NCBI GenBank assembly: GCA_964612415.1 | Contig: CAZTCT010000001.1 | Span: 455-64,454 of the forward strand | Length of the DNA stretch: 64,000 nt | Origin: an uncultured Candidatus Saccharibacteria bacterium | Lineage (GTDB): Bacteria; Patescibacteriota; Minisyncoccia; Phycocordibacterales; CAYRGE01 | Direction of reading: 5' to 3' | Shown: piece after piece, positions 37,977 to 47,224 of the stretch | Layout: each line of letters begins with the position of its first letter | How positions within the stretch are numbered: the stretch's first letter is position 1 | Position numbers and translations under genes: made by a program | The notes under the pieces: model-generated | Seen by the model: only the letters and a program-made list of their open reading frames with translations | Database searches by the model: none | Told to the model about the DNA's origin: nothing

Positions 37977-38349
37977 ACTTCATGCTCTCCATGATCGTAT
38001 TCATTTCTTCCTGCGTCATCATCATATTATTGTTGAGGTTATTCATGATCCAGAGAGAGCCCACAACCACCACCCCCACAATAAACACCGTAAAAGAAAA
38101 AACAAGAAGGTTCCATCTTGGTCGAGACTCAGACCTAAGATGCAGGAAAAATATAAGTTGCACAACAAGCTGTGCTAAAGCAAACCCTAATACAGTGACC
38201 AAAAGAACATCTCGAGCTGCAATAGACTTCACCACAAGAAAATACGGTATGAGAGTGAACGCAAGAGAAAGAACGTACCCCCAAACATAGGACCGAAGTG
38301 TTCCCTGTCGTGCTCCATAATTTGTCTGTAAAACTTCAAAATCATTCAT
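37951..38349 (-). CDS. cyoD: Cytochrome o ubiquinol oxidase subunit IV.
   Basis: GSLWIMNNLNNNMMMT closely matches the E. coli CyoD C-terminus. Three TM helices. Confidence 0.85.
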   Translation of the reverse strand: MNDFEVLQTNYGARQGTLRSYVWGYVLSLAFTLIPYFLVVKSIAARDVLLVTVLGFALAQLVVQLIFFLHLRSESRPRWNLLVFSFTVFIVGVVVVGSLWIMNNLNNNMMMTQEEMNTIMESMKFENQAGGF

Positions 38350-38355
38350 ACGTCT

Positions 38356-38958
38356 TTATCCAATAGCGCCCATAAGATACACGATAGTAAAGATGAAGAT
38401 CCACACAATATCCAAAAAATGCCAGAAGAGCCCCCAGCATGTAAGCCTCCTCATCATCGCCGCAGCAAGATCACGCCCCCAGATTTGAATCATAAGAACG
38501 ATCATCCAAATTGACCCAAGTGTCACGTGTAGTCCGTGCGTGCCGACTAAAGTGAAAAAAGCTGACAAAAATCCGCTTCGAGACCACCCGTTCCCTTCGG
38601 AAAAGAAGTGCATGAATTCACTGATCTCAAGCGAGATGAATGAGATCCCAAGCACAAGCGTAGCGGCAAGCCATCCTAATACTTGCCGCTTCTTGTTGTG
38701 GTGTGCTGCAAGAAGAGCAAGGCCTGCCGTAAAGCTACTTGTTAAAAGAATGAGTGTTTCTGTAAGCGCGAAGGGCAAATCAAACAACTCCATTCCTGAA
38801 GGGCCGCCAAATGTATTGTTGCGGAGAACGGCATAAGTTGCAAAAAGGCTCGCGAACAAGACGCAGTCACTCATGATGTACACCCAAAAACCAAAGATGG
38901 TTTTTGAATCTTTTTCTCGTTGTACCGCAAGTTCCTCTTGATGGTTTTCTGTTGCCAT
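38356..38958 (-). CDS. cyoC: Cytochrome o ubiquinol oxidase subunit III.
   Basis: [23 protein letters not shown] matches CyoC. Start taken at MATENHQ, 4 nt after the cyoB stop. Confidence 0.88.
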   Translation of the reverse strand: MATENHQEELAVQREKDSKTIFGFWVYIMSDCVLFASLFATYAVLRNNTFGGPSGMELFDLPFALTETLILLTSSFTAGLALLAAHHNKKRQVLGWLAATLVLGISFISLEISEFMHFFSEGNGWSRSGFLSAFFTLVGTHGLHVTLGSIWMIVLMIQIWGRDLAAAMMRRLTCWGLFWHFLDIVWIFIFTIVYLMGAIG

Positions 38959-38962
38959 ATAT

Positions 38963-40924
38963 TTATTGTGTAGCAAGCCGAGCTTCTGTGCGCGCAACCT
39001 CTTCTGCGGTAACCACATGTTCTGTGTGTTCATCAAACGATCGTATTACAAAACATACAATAGCAGCCAAAAGTCCAAAGATGGAGAGCCAGGTAATGTG
39101 CCATATCAACCCAAAGCAAAACAGAAAGCCGTAAAAAGCAATGTAAAATCCGACTGGTGTATTTTTGGGAAGATGAATGTCCTCATATTTTGAATGTGGC
39201 GGAATAGGCGTATCCGCATACTTCATGTGCCAAAAGGCATCTCGACTGTACACTCGAGGTATATGTGCGAAGTTATAGTGAGGAGGAGGAGAAGAAATAG
39301 ACCACTCAAGGGTGCGACCATCCCACGGATCTCCAGTTTTGTCTCGATTTCTTCCTCTATTTTTTATACTCACAATCAATTGGGCTAGCTGCACCAACGC
39401 ACCTCCTGCAAGAATGGCCGCGCCGACCGCAGCAACGATTAAAAGCGGGTTCCACGCAAAAGTATCATAATGATCAAGTCGTCGTGTCATGCCCATAAGA
39501 CCAAGTGCGTACAAAGGCATAAACGCAACAAAAAATCCGATGATCCAATGCCAGAAAGCGATGATGCCAAGCCGCTCGTTTAATTTAAATCCAAAGATTT
39601 TCGGAAACCAATAAGTAAGGCCTGCAAAATACCCAAAAAGAACACCTCCGATGATCATATTGTGAAAGTGCGCAACTAAGAATAAGCTGTTGTGAAGTTG
39701 GAAATCGGCTCCTGGTACCGAAAGAAGCACCCCTGTCATACCGCCCAAAGTAAACGTTGCAACAAACCCCAAGAACCAGTGCATTGGTGATGTAAAAGAT
39801 ACACGTCCCCTAAACATGGTAAAAAGCCAATTGAAAATCTTCACTCCCGTCGGAATAGCAATTACCATTGTAGCTATCGCGAAGAACGCATTCACATTCG
39901 GACCTGCCCCCATCGTGTAGAAGTGATGGAGCCACACAATAAAAGAGAGCACCGTTATCGCCATAGTTGCAACGACCATGGAAGTATACCCAAACAATCT
40001 CTTCTTTGAGAAAGTAGCCACTACTTCAGAAAAGACCCCAAACGCAGGAAGGATAAGAATATATACCTCTGGATGCCCCCACGCCCAAATAAGATTGACA
40101 TACATCATAAGATTCCCGCCAAACCCAGCCGTAAAGAAATGCATATCCATGAAGCGGTCAAGGAAAAGCATGGCGAGCGTCGCAGTAAGGATAGGAAACG
40201 CAAAGATAACAAGCGCCATGCTTCCGAGCACAGTCCACGCGAACACAGGCATGCGCATGAGCGTCATTCCTGGGGCACGCATTTTAAAAATCGTGACAAG
40301 AAAGTTTATTCCTGAGAAAAGTGAGCCGAGACCAGCTATCTGCAAACTCCAAATATAATAATCAACCCCTACCCCAGGACTGTACGCGATTTCAGAGAGT
40401 GGTGGGTATGCAAGCCACCCTGTTGCGGCAAATTCTCCCGCGACCAAAGAAAGGTTGAGTAGTACCGCTCCCATAGCAAAGAGCCAAAACGATAAAGAGT
40501 TTAGGAATGGAAATGCAACATCGCGTGCCCCAAGTTGCAGGGGCAATACCCAATTGATAAGTCCAAACATAATGGGCATCGCAACAAAAAATATCATGAT
40601 GACCCCATGCGCGGTGATCACCTGGTCGAAGTGGTCAGCAGAGAGAAAGCCTTGTGCGTCCCCTACTGCCATTGCCTGCTGAGCCCGCATCATCGCCGCA
40701 TCAACAAACCCACGCGCGAGCATGATCACCGCGACAACGATGTACATGACACCGATTTTTTTATGATCAAGAGAAGTCACCCACTCATTCCAGAACCACT
40801 TCCACCGCTTAAAGTAAGTGAGGAGTCCCGCGAACAAAAGCGCTCCAAAGACTACAGTGAGCTGTGCCATTGTTTCTACTACCCCATGGTGGATAAATGC
40901 ATCGATTGTTAGGTTGCCAAACAT
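38963..40924 (-). CDS. cyoB: Cytochrome o ubiquinol oxidase subunit I (heme-copper oxidase catalytic subunit).
   Basis: 653 aa, 12+ TM helices, with the conserved His ligands ([14 protein letters not shown]...HHFYTMG...[11 protein letters not shown]). Confidence 0.95.
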   Translation of the reverse strand: MFGNLTIDAFIHHGVVETMAQLTVVFGALLFAGLLTYFKRWKWFWNEWVTSLDHKKIGVMYIVVAVIMLARGFVDAAMMRAQQAMAVGDAQGFLSADHFDQVITAHGVIMIFFVAMPIMFGLINWVLPLQLGARDVAFPFLNSLSFWLFAMGAVLLNLSLVAGEFAATGWLAYPPLSEIAYSPGVGVDYYIWSLQIAGLGSLFSGINFLVTIFKMRAPGMTLMRMPVFAWTVLGSMALVIFAFPILTATLAMLFLDRFMDMHFFTAGFGGNLMMYVNLIWAWGHPEVYILILPAFGVFSEVVATFSKKRLFGYTSMVVATMAITVLSFIVWLHHFYTMGAGPNVNAFFAIATMVIAIPTGVKIFNWLFTMFRGRVSFTSPMHWFLGFVATFTLGGMTGVLLSVPGADFQLHNSLFLVAHFHNMIIGGVLFGYFAGLTYWFPKIFGFKLNERLGIIAFWHWIIGFFVAFMPLYALGLMGMTRRLDHYDTFAWNPLLIVAAVGAAILAGGALVQLAQLIVSIKNRGRNRDKTGDPWDGRTLEWSISSPPPHYNFAHIPRVYSRDAFWHMKYADTPIPPHSKYEDIHLPKNTPVGFYIAFYGFLFCFGLIWHITWLSIFGLLAAIVCFVIRSFDEHTEHVVTAEEVARTEARLATQ

Positions 40925-40956
40925 GTGTCTCTTTTGTTTAACTCATTATACAGAAA

Positions 40957-41880
40957 TTAGCGCACAGAGATGTGCTCACCCATGTCCATATTCATGTCCT
41001 CCATTGATCTTTGTTCCATCCCAGGCATCATAAACTTCAGCATGATCCGCTCAAAAAGATTACCTTCAACAGAGGAATAGAAAGTGACGGGATGATTTAT
41101 CGTTCGTTTCGCAAGCTCCGTATAAGTATCCCAGTCAAGCTTAAGACCAGAACTTTTCACATCATCAATCCATGAACGAAAACCTTCTTGGGTAACAACT
41201 CGCGTGAGAAAATTCATCCCAGAAAATCCCGCCCCGCTAAAGTTTGCCGAATTGCCCCAGTACGACCCAAGCTCGTCAGCAATAATATGAAGCTTTGTTT
41301 CCATCCCTGGCATTGCGTAAATCTGCCCGGAGAGTTGTGGCACCCAAAAGGAATTCATCGGCGCGTCTGCAGAAAGTTCAAAATTTATTGCTGTATCAAC
41401 AGGGATCTCAAGATAATTTACTGAGGCGATGCCTTGCTCTGGATAGATGAACAGCCACTTCCAATCAAGTGCTACGACCTGCACAGTGATTGGCTTTCCT
41501 TCTTCATGTAGGGGCCTGTATGGATCTAGCTCATGGGTTGTTCTCCAAGTAACAACCGCAAGTATAGAGATAAGGACAAAAGGAACAGCCCACCAGATAA
41601 GCTCATCTATCTTGCTGTGCTCCCAGTCAGGAGAATATTTTGCTTTTTCATTGCTGGCCCGATATGTCCACGCAAAAAAACCAGTAATCAAAAATACCGG
41701 GATTACTACGGTGAGCATCAAGAATGTTGCAAAAACGATGAGGTTTCGCTCCTCATCTGCAATAAGGCCCTTTGGGTCAAGAACAGAAATCCCCGCAACG
41801 CTTGAGAGAAAAAGAAAAAGGCCAATGGCACCAAAGAAAAGCAGAGCCACACGCAATACGGTCTTGTGATTTTGCTTCAT
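40957..41880 (-). CDS. cyoA: Cytochrome o ubiquinol oxidase subunit II, quinol-oxidase type with no CuA site.
   Basis: ALDWKWLFIYPEQGIASVN...MNSFWVPQLSGQIYAMPGMETKLH...FSGAGFSGMNF aligns with E. coli CyoA. No CxxxC...H CuA motif. Confidence 0.9.
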   Translation of the reverse strand: MKQNHKTVLRVALLFFGAIGLFLFLSSVAGISVLDPKGLIADEERNLIVFATFLMLTVVIPVFLITGFFAWTYRASNEKAKYSPDWEHSKIDELIWWAVPFVLISILAVVTWRTTHELDPYRPLHEEGKPITVQVVALDWKWLFIYPEQGIASVNYLEIPVDTAINFELSADAPMNSFWVPQLSGQIYAMPGMETKLHIIADELGSYWGNSANFSGAGFSGMNFLTRVVTQEGFRSWIDDVKSSGLKLDWDTYTELAKRTINHPVTFYSSVEGNLFERIMLKFMMPGMEQRSMEDMNMDMGEHISVR

Positions 41881-41889
41881 CGCGCATTA

Positions 41890-42894
41890 TTATACCATCC
41901 CTGCATGGATATGTTTCTTGAGATTTCTTTGAGATGACCAGAAGGACAGAAGAATAAAACATAGTCCAATTCCTCCAATGAGTACCCCGGGGACATGTAT
42001 CACAAGAGAAGCAAGCATCGCCCCAGAAAGGCCGAGTATTGCCCAGTGTGCGCCATGCTCAAGATAAATGAATGCTTCCAAGATATGCTTGCGCACAAGA
42101 TAGATTGTGATCGTTCGTACAAAGAACGCTCCAATACCAAGACCTGTCGCAATAACAAAAATATTTGATGAAAGTGCGAATGCTCCTACCACGCCATCCA
42201 AAGAAAAAGCAGTATCAAGGACATTAAGATACAAAAAGAGAAAAAGCCCTGTTTGTTCCATGAGCTTTGCTGATGCACCAAGAGCCTGCGTAACTCCCTC
42301 CATAAGAATAAAGAGTACGATACCGAATATTCCTGCGGTAAGGATATCTGCCACATGCTCCCCTGTTGCGACATAAGAGATGCCAAGAAGCACACATAGT
42401 GCAAGGGCTATCTCTACTGCTTCAACACGGCCCCATCGGGTAAGTCTCTCTTCAACAATTTCTATCCAGTGCACATCTTTTCCCTTATTAAAGAAATACT
42501 TCAATGAAACCATGAGGAGAAATGCCCCTCCGAAAGCGCTGATAATGTGGTGCGACCCTAGAAGTAACTCCCCGTACGCAACGGGGTCTTTTACTGCAAG
42601 CATGGTGATAATGACAGGAGACACCCATGCGGCAAGCGCGACTATAAAAATTGGCAACACCACACGCGTACCAAATACGGCAACCCATATACCCCATGTG
42701 AGAAAGCGGTTTTGCCATTTCTCGTCCATCCTTTTGAGAACGCGGGCATTGATAACCGCGTTATCAAAAGAAAGCGTCACCTCAAGTACGGAGAGCATGG
42801 CTGCAAGCACGAATGCATGGAGCCCAAGATAGTAGTAGATGGCCCCAAGCGCCAAAACAGCAATTATTATTGGGAAAATGAAGATGCTCTTCAT
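41890..42894 (-). CDS. TerC/DUF475-family integral membrane protein.
   Basis: 334 aa polytopic protein with the LSFDNAVINA motif. Confidence 0.5.
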   Translation of the reverse strand: MKSIFIFPIIIAVLALGAIYYYLGLHAFVLAAMLSVLEVTLSFDNAVINARVLKRMDEKWQNRFLTWGIWVAVFGTRVVLPIFIVALAAWVSPVIITMLAVKDPVAYGELLLGSHHIISAFGGAFLLMVSLKYFFNKGKDVHWIEIVEERLTRWGRVEAVEIALALCVLLGISYVATGEHVADILTAGIFGIVLFILMEGVTQALGASAKLMEQTGLFLFLYLNVLDTAFSLDGVVGAFALSSNIFVIATGLGIGAFFVRTITIYLVRKHILEAFIYLEHGAHWAILGLSGAMLASLVIHVPGVLIGGIGLCFILLSFWSSQRNLKKHIHAGMV

Positions 42895-42937
42895 GATTCC
42901 CTAAAGTATACCAAAGAGGACCCTTAAAAATTCCAAT

Positions 42938-43013
42938 TGGGGTGCCTATCCGGATTTGAACCGGAACTGAGGGCTCCACAAACCCTAGTGCTAACCATTA
43001 CACCATAGGCACC
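42938..43013 (-). tRNA. tRNA-His (GTG) with an encoded G-1 and CCA.
   Basis: Reverse complement is gGTGCCTATGGTGTAATGGTTAGCACTAGGGTTTGTGGAGCCCTCAGTTCCGGTTCAAATCCGGATAGGCACCCCA. Anticodon loop is UUGUGGA. Confidence 0.85.
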
Positions 43014-43029
43014 ATATTGTTCGCACCAA

Positions 43030-43578
43030 TTAATATTGGGGCGGTTGCTCCGTTATACCAGATTTATGGTTCGCAAGTCTAGCCAGAGCGTACAAAAGAC
43101 TTGAGAGCCGATTGAGATACCGCAATGTCTGCTCTTCCAACTTCACCACACCTTCATCCGAAACCGCCACAACTCGCCGCTCGGCACGCCGCGCAAGAGT
43201 GCGCGCAACATCAAGATACGCACCAAACTCACTGCCCCCGGGGAGGAAAAAGCTCTTGATTGGGGGTAATTCTTTTTCTACTGCATTTACCATTTCCTCC
43301 ACAGTCTCAACTTTCTCTTTCTGGATAATTTTATCAGCACCGGCAACCTGCGCTTGAATGATAAAGAGATTTTGCTGTACTCCGATCAAAATATCTTTGT
43401 AGAATTGTCCATTAGCTTTATACTCATGCGCATTTTTTTGATTGCGACAAAGGCCCAAATAGGAGTTGAGTTCATCGAGCGTACCAAGCGCCTCAGCGGT
43501 AGAAGAACTCTTTGAAATTCGCTGATTGCATCCAAATGTTCCTGTATCACCCTTGTCTCCTTTTCCGGTAAATAACAT
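43030..43578 (-). CDS. ATP:cob(I)alamin adenosyltransferase, PduO/MMAB type.
   Basis: N-terminal MLFTGKGDKGDTG and a helical-bundle body (LDELNSYLGLCR...DVARTLARRAERRVV). Confidence 0.7.
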   Translation of the reverse strand: MLFTGKGDKGDTGTFGCNQRISKSSSTAEALGTLDELNSYLGLCRNQKNAHEYKANGQFYKDILIGVQQNLFIIQAQVAGADKIIQKEKVETVEEMVNAVEKELPPIKSFFLPGGSEFGAYLDVARTLARRAERRVVAVSDEGVVKLEEQTLRYLNRLSSLLYALARLANHKSGITEQPPQY

Positions 43579-43612
43579 GCAAAAAGTATAGCATGGTAAA
43601 AATTACCTAAAG

Positions 43613-43640
43613 AAAAAGCGGCCGATGTGCGTGGCCGCTT
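43613..43640 (-). terminator. Terminator after the glycine-zipper gene.
   Basis: AAAAAGCGGCC-GATGTGCGT-GGCCGCTT. In minus-strand sense the hairpin is followed by UUUUUCUUU. Confidence 0.55.
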
Positions 43641-43661
43641 CCTGAATAGGAAAATGAAAAA

Positions 43662-43988
43662 CTATCGTATGTGGATTTGGATATTAATCCGGGGGCGAGA
43701 ATGTTGCCGATAGTAGTATCTCGGCGGGGATGTGTAGTGGTAACGGACAGAATATCCGGGGGCGTAATACCGTGCTCTTGCAGAGTAACGATAGCGAGCA
43801 TTCCGCTCGGCCTCAACTCCAGCAAGCGCTCCGATTGCCGCGCCCGTGATCGCTGCGTTACGATCGTGTCCGATGGCTTTGCCCACAATGGCTCCGCCAA
43901 TCACCCACTTTGCGATATCGCTCGCAGAAGCAGTGCCTGCTGCTGTGAGGGCAAAAAATCCTAGGCAAAACACCAATATCTTTTTCAT
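43662..43988 (-). CDS. Secreted glycine-zipper (Gly-zipper/17-kDa-antigen-like) protein with a Tyr/Arg-rich tail.
   Basis: Signal peptide MKKILVFCLGFFALTAAGTASA, then GGAIVGKAIG...GAAIGALAGV, then RYRYSARARYYAPGYSVRYHY. Confidence 0.55.
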   Translation of the reverse strand: MKKILVFCLGFFALTAAGTASASDIAKWVIGGAIVGKAIGHDRNAAITGAAIGALAGVEAERNARYRYSARARYYAPGYSVRYHYTSPPRYYYRQHSRPRINIQIHIR

Positions 43989-44151
43989 CTTCAGGTCCTC
44001 CCTGTTGTAATGAACGAATGACTATACCCTTTTTCAATTATATACGAAAATGAGGGTTTTGTCAATCTGGCAATATGGCAATCGCAAAATACAGGCTTGT
44101 CCCACATAAACCATCAATATCCTTGTGGCCAGGGATAATATCTTCGCCGCC

Positions 44152-44172
44152 GTTCAAGTCCTCTCCTGCGCA
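44152..44172 (+). repeat. Inverted copy of the last 21 nt of tRNA-Leu (T-loop plus 3' acceptor strand).
   Basis: GTTCAAGTCCTCTCCTGCGCA on the plus strand is the exact reverse complement of 44221..44241. The 48-nt spacer carries a GCCGG...CCGGC hairpin with U-rich flanks. Confidence 0.8.
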
Positions 44173-44220
44173 AAAATAAAAGTCGCCGGACACATCCGTG
44201 CCCGGCTTCTTAATTTTGTG

Positions 44221-44304
44221 TGCGCAGGAGAGGACTTGAACCTCCATTCCCTTGCGGGAGCTACCACCTCAAGGTAGTGCGTCTACCAGTTTCGCCACCT
44301 GCGC
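44221..44304 (-). tRNA. tRNA-Leu (GAG), long variable arm, CCA not encoded.
   Basis: Reverse complement is GCGCAGGTGGCGAAACTGGTAGACGCACTACCTTGAGGTGGTAGCTCCCGCAAGGGAATGGAGGTTCAAGTCCTCTCCTGCGCA. Anticodon loop is UUGAGGU. Confidence 0.8.
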
Positions 44305-44382
44305 GTAAAGACTACTCTATTATAAAACACTCCTTTCTACAAGATAGCCCACGAGAAAACCCGCCTTCTGGCGGGTTTGTCT

Positions 44383-44874
44383 TTATGCTTTCTGCTCCTC
44401 TGTTTCTGTTGCTTCAGGAGTATCGTTTGTGGGTTCCGTAGCTTCTGCTGGGGCCTCTGCTGCTTCAGCCTCTTTCTCAATTTCTGCCGTAGAAGAGAAC
44501 CCTGCCTTTGAGATGAGCTTGCTTGTCTTGCTTCGGATCTCTTTGGTAGCCTTATCGCGAATGTAGTAGAGCTTCGCGCGGCGAACTTTCGCGCGGCGAA
44601 CGATCTCAATCTTATCAATCACAGGAGAATAGAGCGGGAAGATGCGCTCTACCCCTACTCCACTTGTTACCTTGCGGACAGTGAAGGTAGCGCCAGCTTC
44701 TGAGCCATGCTTCACAGAAAGCACCATACCCTCAAATATCTGAAGGCGGGTCTTATCCTTTTCTTGAATCTTCTGAAACACGCGCACAGTATCACCCGCT
44801 CGGAGCTGAAGCTTTTTGCGAGCGTCGGTATTTACTGGGGTGAATTTAATTGCTGTTGCTGGCATAGTTTTCAC
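44383..44874 (-). CDS. rplS: 50S ribosomal protein L19 with an Ala/Glu-rich C-terminal extension.
   Basis: [60 protein letters not shown] matches L19. The ~45-aa tail reads [19 protein letters not shown]... Confidence 0.9.
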   Translation of the reverse strand: MKTMPATAIKFTPVNTDARKKLQLRAGDTVRVFQKIQEKDKTRLQIFEGMVLSVKHGSEAGATFTVRKVTSGVGVERIFPLYSPVIDKIEIVRRAKVRRAKLYYIRDKATKEIRSKTSKLISKAGFSSTAEIEKEAEAAEAPAEATEPTNDTPEATETEEQKA

Positions 44875-44920
44875 TAAAACAGTAGCACTCTAACATAAAG
44901 GCCTTGGCACGGCAAGGCCT

Positions 44921-45652
44921 TTATTTTTCGCCCATTTTGGCGACCGCCTCCTCCATGTCATCTGGGAGAGGAGCCTCAAGTACAAGCTTGTGCCCATCGG
45001 GGTGCACAATGGCAAGGCGCCACGCATGAAGAGCTAGCCGGTGAAGCCCGAGAAGGGGTTCCTTACTTGGTGCGTAGAGACTATCACATACCACTGGGTG
45101 CTCTATTGCTTTCATGTGCACTCGTATCTGGTGTGTTCTGCCGGTCTTTGGATACACCTCTATATATGTACACTCTTCTCCTCTTAAGAGTACCTTGTAT
45201 TCTGTATGCGCTTCTCGTAGGACTCCTCGCGCATGCGAGCCAGCAAGCCTCTTCCGAAAATCGCTTTTACTTCTCCCAATGGGAAGATCGATGGTACCCG
45301 CATCATCTTTTATAACTCCATATACAATCGCCCGATACACTTTCTCGGTGGCTCTCTCTTTAAATGCATTTTTGAGGTGCATGAAGGTATCTTGATCTTT
45401 CGCAATGACGAGTACACCTGATGTGTCTTTATCAAGTCTATGGACAATCCCAGGGCGAAAGATTTTCTCTCCTGAAGTAAGCACTATGGGCTCCCCAACT
45501 TCCTTAATAGATGGATATCGCTCTAGCACCCAGTCAGTAAGTGTCGGCTCGTCTGTTTTTCCATCAGGATGCACCACAAGACCTGCGGGCTTATTGATCG
45601 CAACCAGATTGTTGTCCTCATAAATGACGCCGATTTCCATATGTGCGGTCAT
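44921..45652 (-). CDS. RluA-family pseudouridine synthase.
   Basis: Catalytic motif GIVHRLDKDTSGVLVIA. 243 aa with no S4 domain. Confidence 0.88.
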   Translation of the reverse strand: MTAHMEIGVIYEDNNLVAINKPAGLVVHPDGKTDEPTLTDWVLERYPSIKEVGEPIVLTSGEKIFRPGIVHRLDKDTSGVLVIAKDQDTFMHLKNAFKERATEKVYRAIVYGVIKDDAGTIDLPIGRSKSDFRKRLAGSHARGVLREAHTEYKVLLRGEECTYIEVYPKTGRTHQIRVHMKAIEHPVVCDSLYAPSKEPLLGLHRLALHAWRLAIVHPDGHKLVLEAPLPDDMEEAVAKMGEK

Positions 45653-45692
45653 TATACAGGATTTTATTTGACCAAAAGAAAGGTGTGGGGTT

Positions 45693-45962
45693 ATGATGGC
45701 AAAAGAAGGACATTACATTCATTTTTTGGAGGGTGTTATGTTAGAGAAACAAGACTCCATGCACAGAAATTCATCCCCTGGTCAGATACTTGCTCCGGTT
45801 ATTTTAAGAGCAATACAGACCGGTAGGCCCCAGCGACTTGCGGGTCACCAGAACAAACAATTTCATAGTGCATTTATTGCTCTGTATGGCGCAGAGATCG
45901 AAAAGAGGCGGACAGAAAAACATCGCTCGTTGGAAAAGCTCAGAAATCTACTTGTAGATTAA
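45693..45962 (+). CDS. Hypothetical small protein.
   Basis: 89 aa ORF preceded by an SD-like AAAGGTGTGGGG. No recognisable motif. Confidence 0.35.
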   Translation: MMAKEGHYIHFLEGVMLEKQDSMHRNSSPGQILAPVILRAIQTGRPQRLAGHQNKQFHSAFIALYGAEIEKRRTEKHRSLEKLRNLLVD

Positions 45963-45967
45963 TCTAA

Positions 45968-46177
45968 GTGCAACTGGAGGGACGCGTGATGTCAAAAGAA
46001 GAGATCATTCGAGGGCCTCGCAGTGAACGCGAGATGCTTCAGGGAGGTGGTCGCCCGAAGAGGTACGACCCTGTCACTGGGTTACCACTTCCTGACAACG
46101 CTCAATTGAAATATTTGAAGGCTTCAAAAGCGAACGCAGGCTCCTTGGGCAAAGAAACGCTCATCCAGGAGGACTAA
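45968..46177 (+). CDS. Hypothetical small protein.
   Basis: 69 aa, 5 nt after the previous ORF. No recognisable motif. Confidence 0.35.
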   Translation: MQLEGRVMSKEEIIRGPRSEREMLQGGGRPKRYDPVTGLPLPDNAQLKYLKASKANAGSLGKETLIQED

Positions 46178-46260
46178 AGGCGCTCATCCGAGAAGGTGAG
46201 CTCCGTCGCGATACAAAATCTTCAACAGATTGAATTTAAAAACAATCAAGGGGGATTAAA

Positions 46261-46428
46261 TGTCTTCAAGACAACGTAAGCAATACAGCTTCGGAAGGAG
46301 AAGGAAAATCCGTGACGATCTTTCTACAGACACAGCTCTACTTCTTCTCAGGAACACTCCTGCAGGTGTGGCTGGAGCAATAAATCGCCTTATGGCACGT
46401 TGTCAGCACAGGCATCACAGGCAGTAAC
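46261..46428 (+). CDS. Possible small basic protein (55 aa), not in the ORF track.
   Basis: ATG preceded by the SD CAAGGGGGATTAA. Translation is MSSRQRKQYSFGRRRKIRDDLSTDTALLLLRNTPAGVAGAINRLMARCQHRHHRQ. It overlaps the start of the next ORF in another frame. Confidence 0.25.
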
Positions 46429-46666
46429 ATATCTTGCAACTACAACAAAGAAGGAGCAGTGCAGCATGACAAGTAAAAACTACAGGGACCTTGGTCTGGT
46501 AGAACCAATTGACCATTCTGAAAACACTCTTTCCGGGTCTTCGTACGAAGATGAGCCCCCCCTCAAACAGCCACCCGTTCACAGTGGGACTCTTCATTGC
46601 ACCGACGAAGGACAAGCACGAAGATTTGGGGTAGAAATGTATCCCATAACAATCCCTTTCATATAA
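46400..46666 (+). CDS. Hypothetical small protein.
   Basis: 88 aa ORF followed 25 nt later by a clean intrinsic terminator. Confidence 0.35.
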   Translation: MSAQASQAVTYLATTTKKEQCSMTSKNYRDLGLVEPIDHSENTLSGSSYEDEPPLKQPPVHSGTLHCTDEGQARRFGVEMYPITIPFI

Positions 46667-46691
46667 AAATGAACCCCTTTTAATTACGAAA

Positions 46692-46714
46692 GCCCCGCAT
46701 TGCGGGGCTTTTTG
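46692..46714 (+). terminator. Rho-independent terminator after the small-ORF cluster.
   Basis: GCCCCGC-ATT-GCGGGGC followed by TTTTTG. Confidence 0.65.
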
Positions 46715-46716
46715 TT

Positions 46717-46737
46717 TAGTGGGCGGTACAGGACTTG
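46717..46737 (-). repeat. Direct repeat of the tRNA-Val 3' end, located 150 nt downstream of the tRNA gene.
   Basis: Plus-strand TAGTGGGCGGTACAGGACTTG is identical to 46887..46907, which is the 3' end of tRNA-Val. Confidence 0.8.
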
Positions 46738-46888
46738 GTCACAACTCTGCCTTGCCTTAAGCGGCAGGTCGCTACCCCGCCTCGCGCACGGCCTTCGGCC
46801 GGCTTCGCGCGCTCCGGCTTTCAAGTCCTCCACGCCGCACAAAATAAAAGTCGCCGAATGCTCTCGCATCCGGCTCCTTTATTTTTAG
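46738..46888. other. GC-rich structured non-coding segment between the tRNA-Val 3'-end direct repeats.
   Basis: Contains GGCCTTCGGCC (a UUCG-tetraloop hairpin), GCGCGC runs, a degenerate inverted copy of the tRNA-Val 3' end (GGCTTTCAAGTCCTCCACGCCGCAC), and the AAAATAAAAGTCGCCG...CCGGC spacer that is also seen next to tRNA-Leu. Confidence 0.5.
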
Positions 46889-46961
46889 TGGGCGGTACAG
46901 GACTTGAACCTGTGACCTTCTCGGTGTAAACGAGTTGCTCTACCAACTGAGCTAACCGCCC
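46889..46961 (-). tRNA. tRNA-Val (TAC), CCA not encoded.
   Basis: Reverse complement is GGGCGGTTAGCTCAGTTGGTAGAGCAACTCGTTTACACCGAGAAGGTCACAGGTTCAAGTCCTGTACCGCCCA. Anticodon loop is UUUACAC. Confidence 0.85.
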
Positions 46962-47087
46962 GTGTGATGCTTGTTTCTTATGGTCACGAGAGCTGCGAGG
47001 ACGCTTCGCTATCTCACTCCTCGGAAACCTACATCCCCTATCACCTGCTCGCTTCGCTTGCATCGGTGATTTTGCTTTGCAAATCGG

Positions 47088-47116
47088 ATGAAACACAAAG
47101 CAGTTTGTGTTTCATT
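47088..47116. terminator. Hairpin downstream of tRNA-Arg, a candidate terminator.
   Basis: TGAAACACAAAG-CAGT-TTGTGTTTCA perfect stem with T/A-rich flanks. Confidence 0.4.
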
Positions 47117-47177
47117 TCTACTCCGGACTTCGTCCTGCCTTCCTCCCCGGGAAACTTCCATTTCCCGACCCCTTCCC

Positions 47178-47199
47178 TGTTCGATTCCTCGCGAGGGAA
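47178..47199 (+). repeat. Inverted copy of the tRNA-Arg(TCT) 3' end.
   Basis: Plus-strand GTTCGATTCCTCGCGAGGGAAG matches the sense 3' end GGTTCGATTCCTCGCGAGGGCA of the minus-strand tRNA, 25 nt away. Confidence 0.7.
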
Positions 47200-47224
47200 G
47201 AAAATATACTCCGTTATTTTCTTA

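Noticed and set aside
46738-46888. The idea that the GC-rich segment next to tRNA-Val is an SRP (4.5S) RNA, a tmRNA, or a second complete tRNA.
   Set aside because: It has no match to the SRP domain IV consensus (GGAA tetraloop with the AGCAGCC symmetric loop). No acceptor-stem pairing could be built for a full tRNA. Only the last ~20 nt resemble tRNA-Val. It is kept as an unclassified structured segment.
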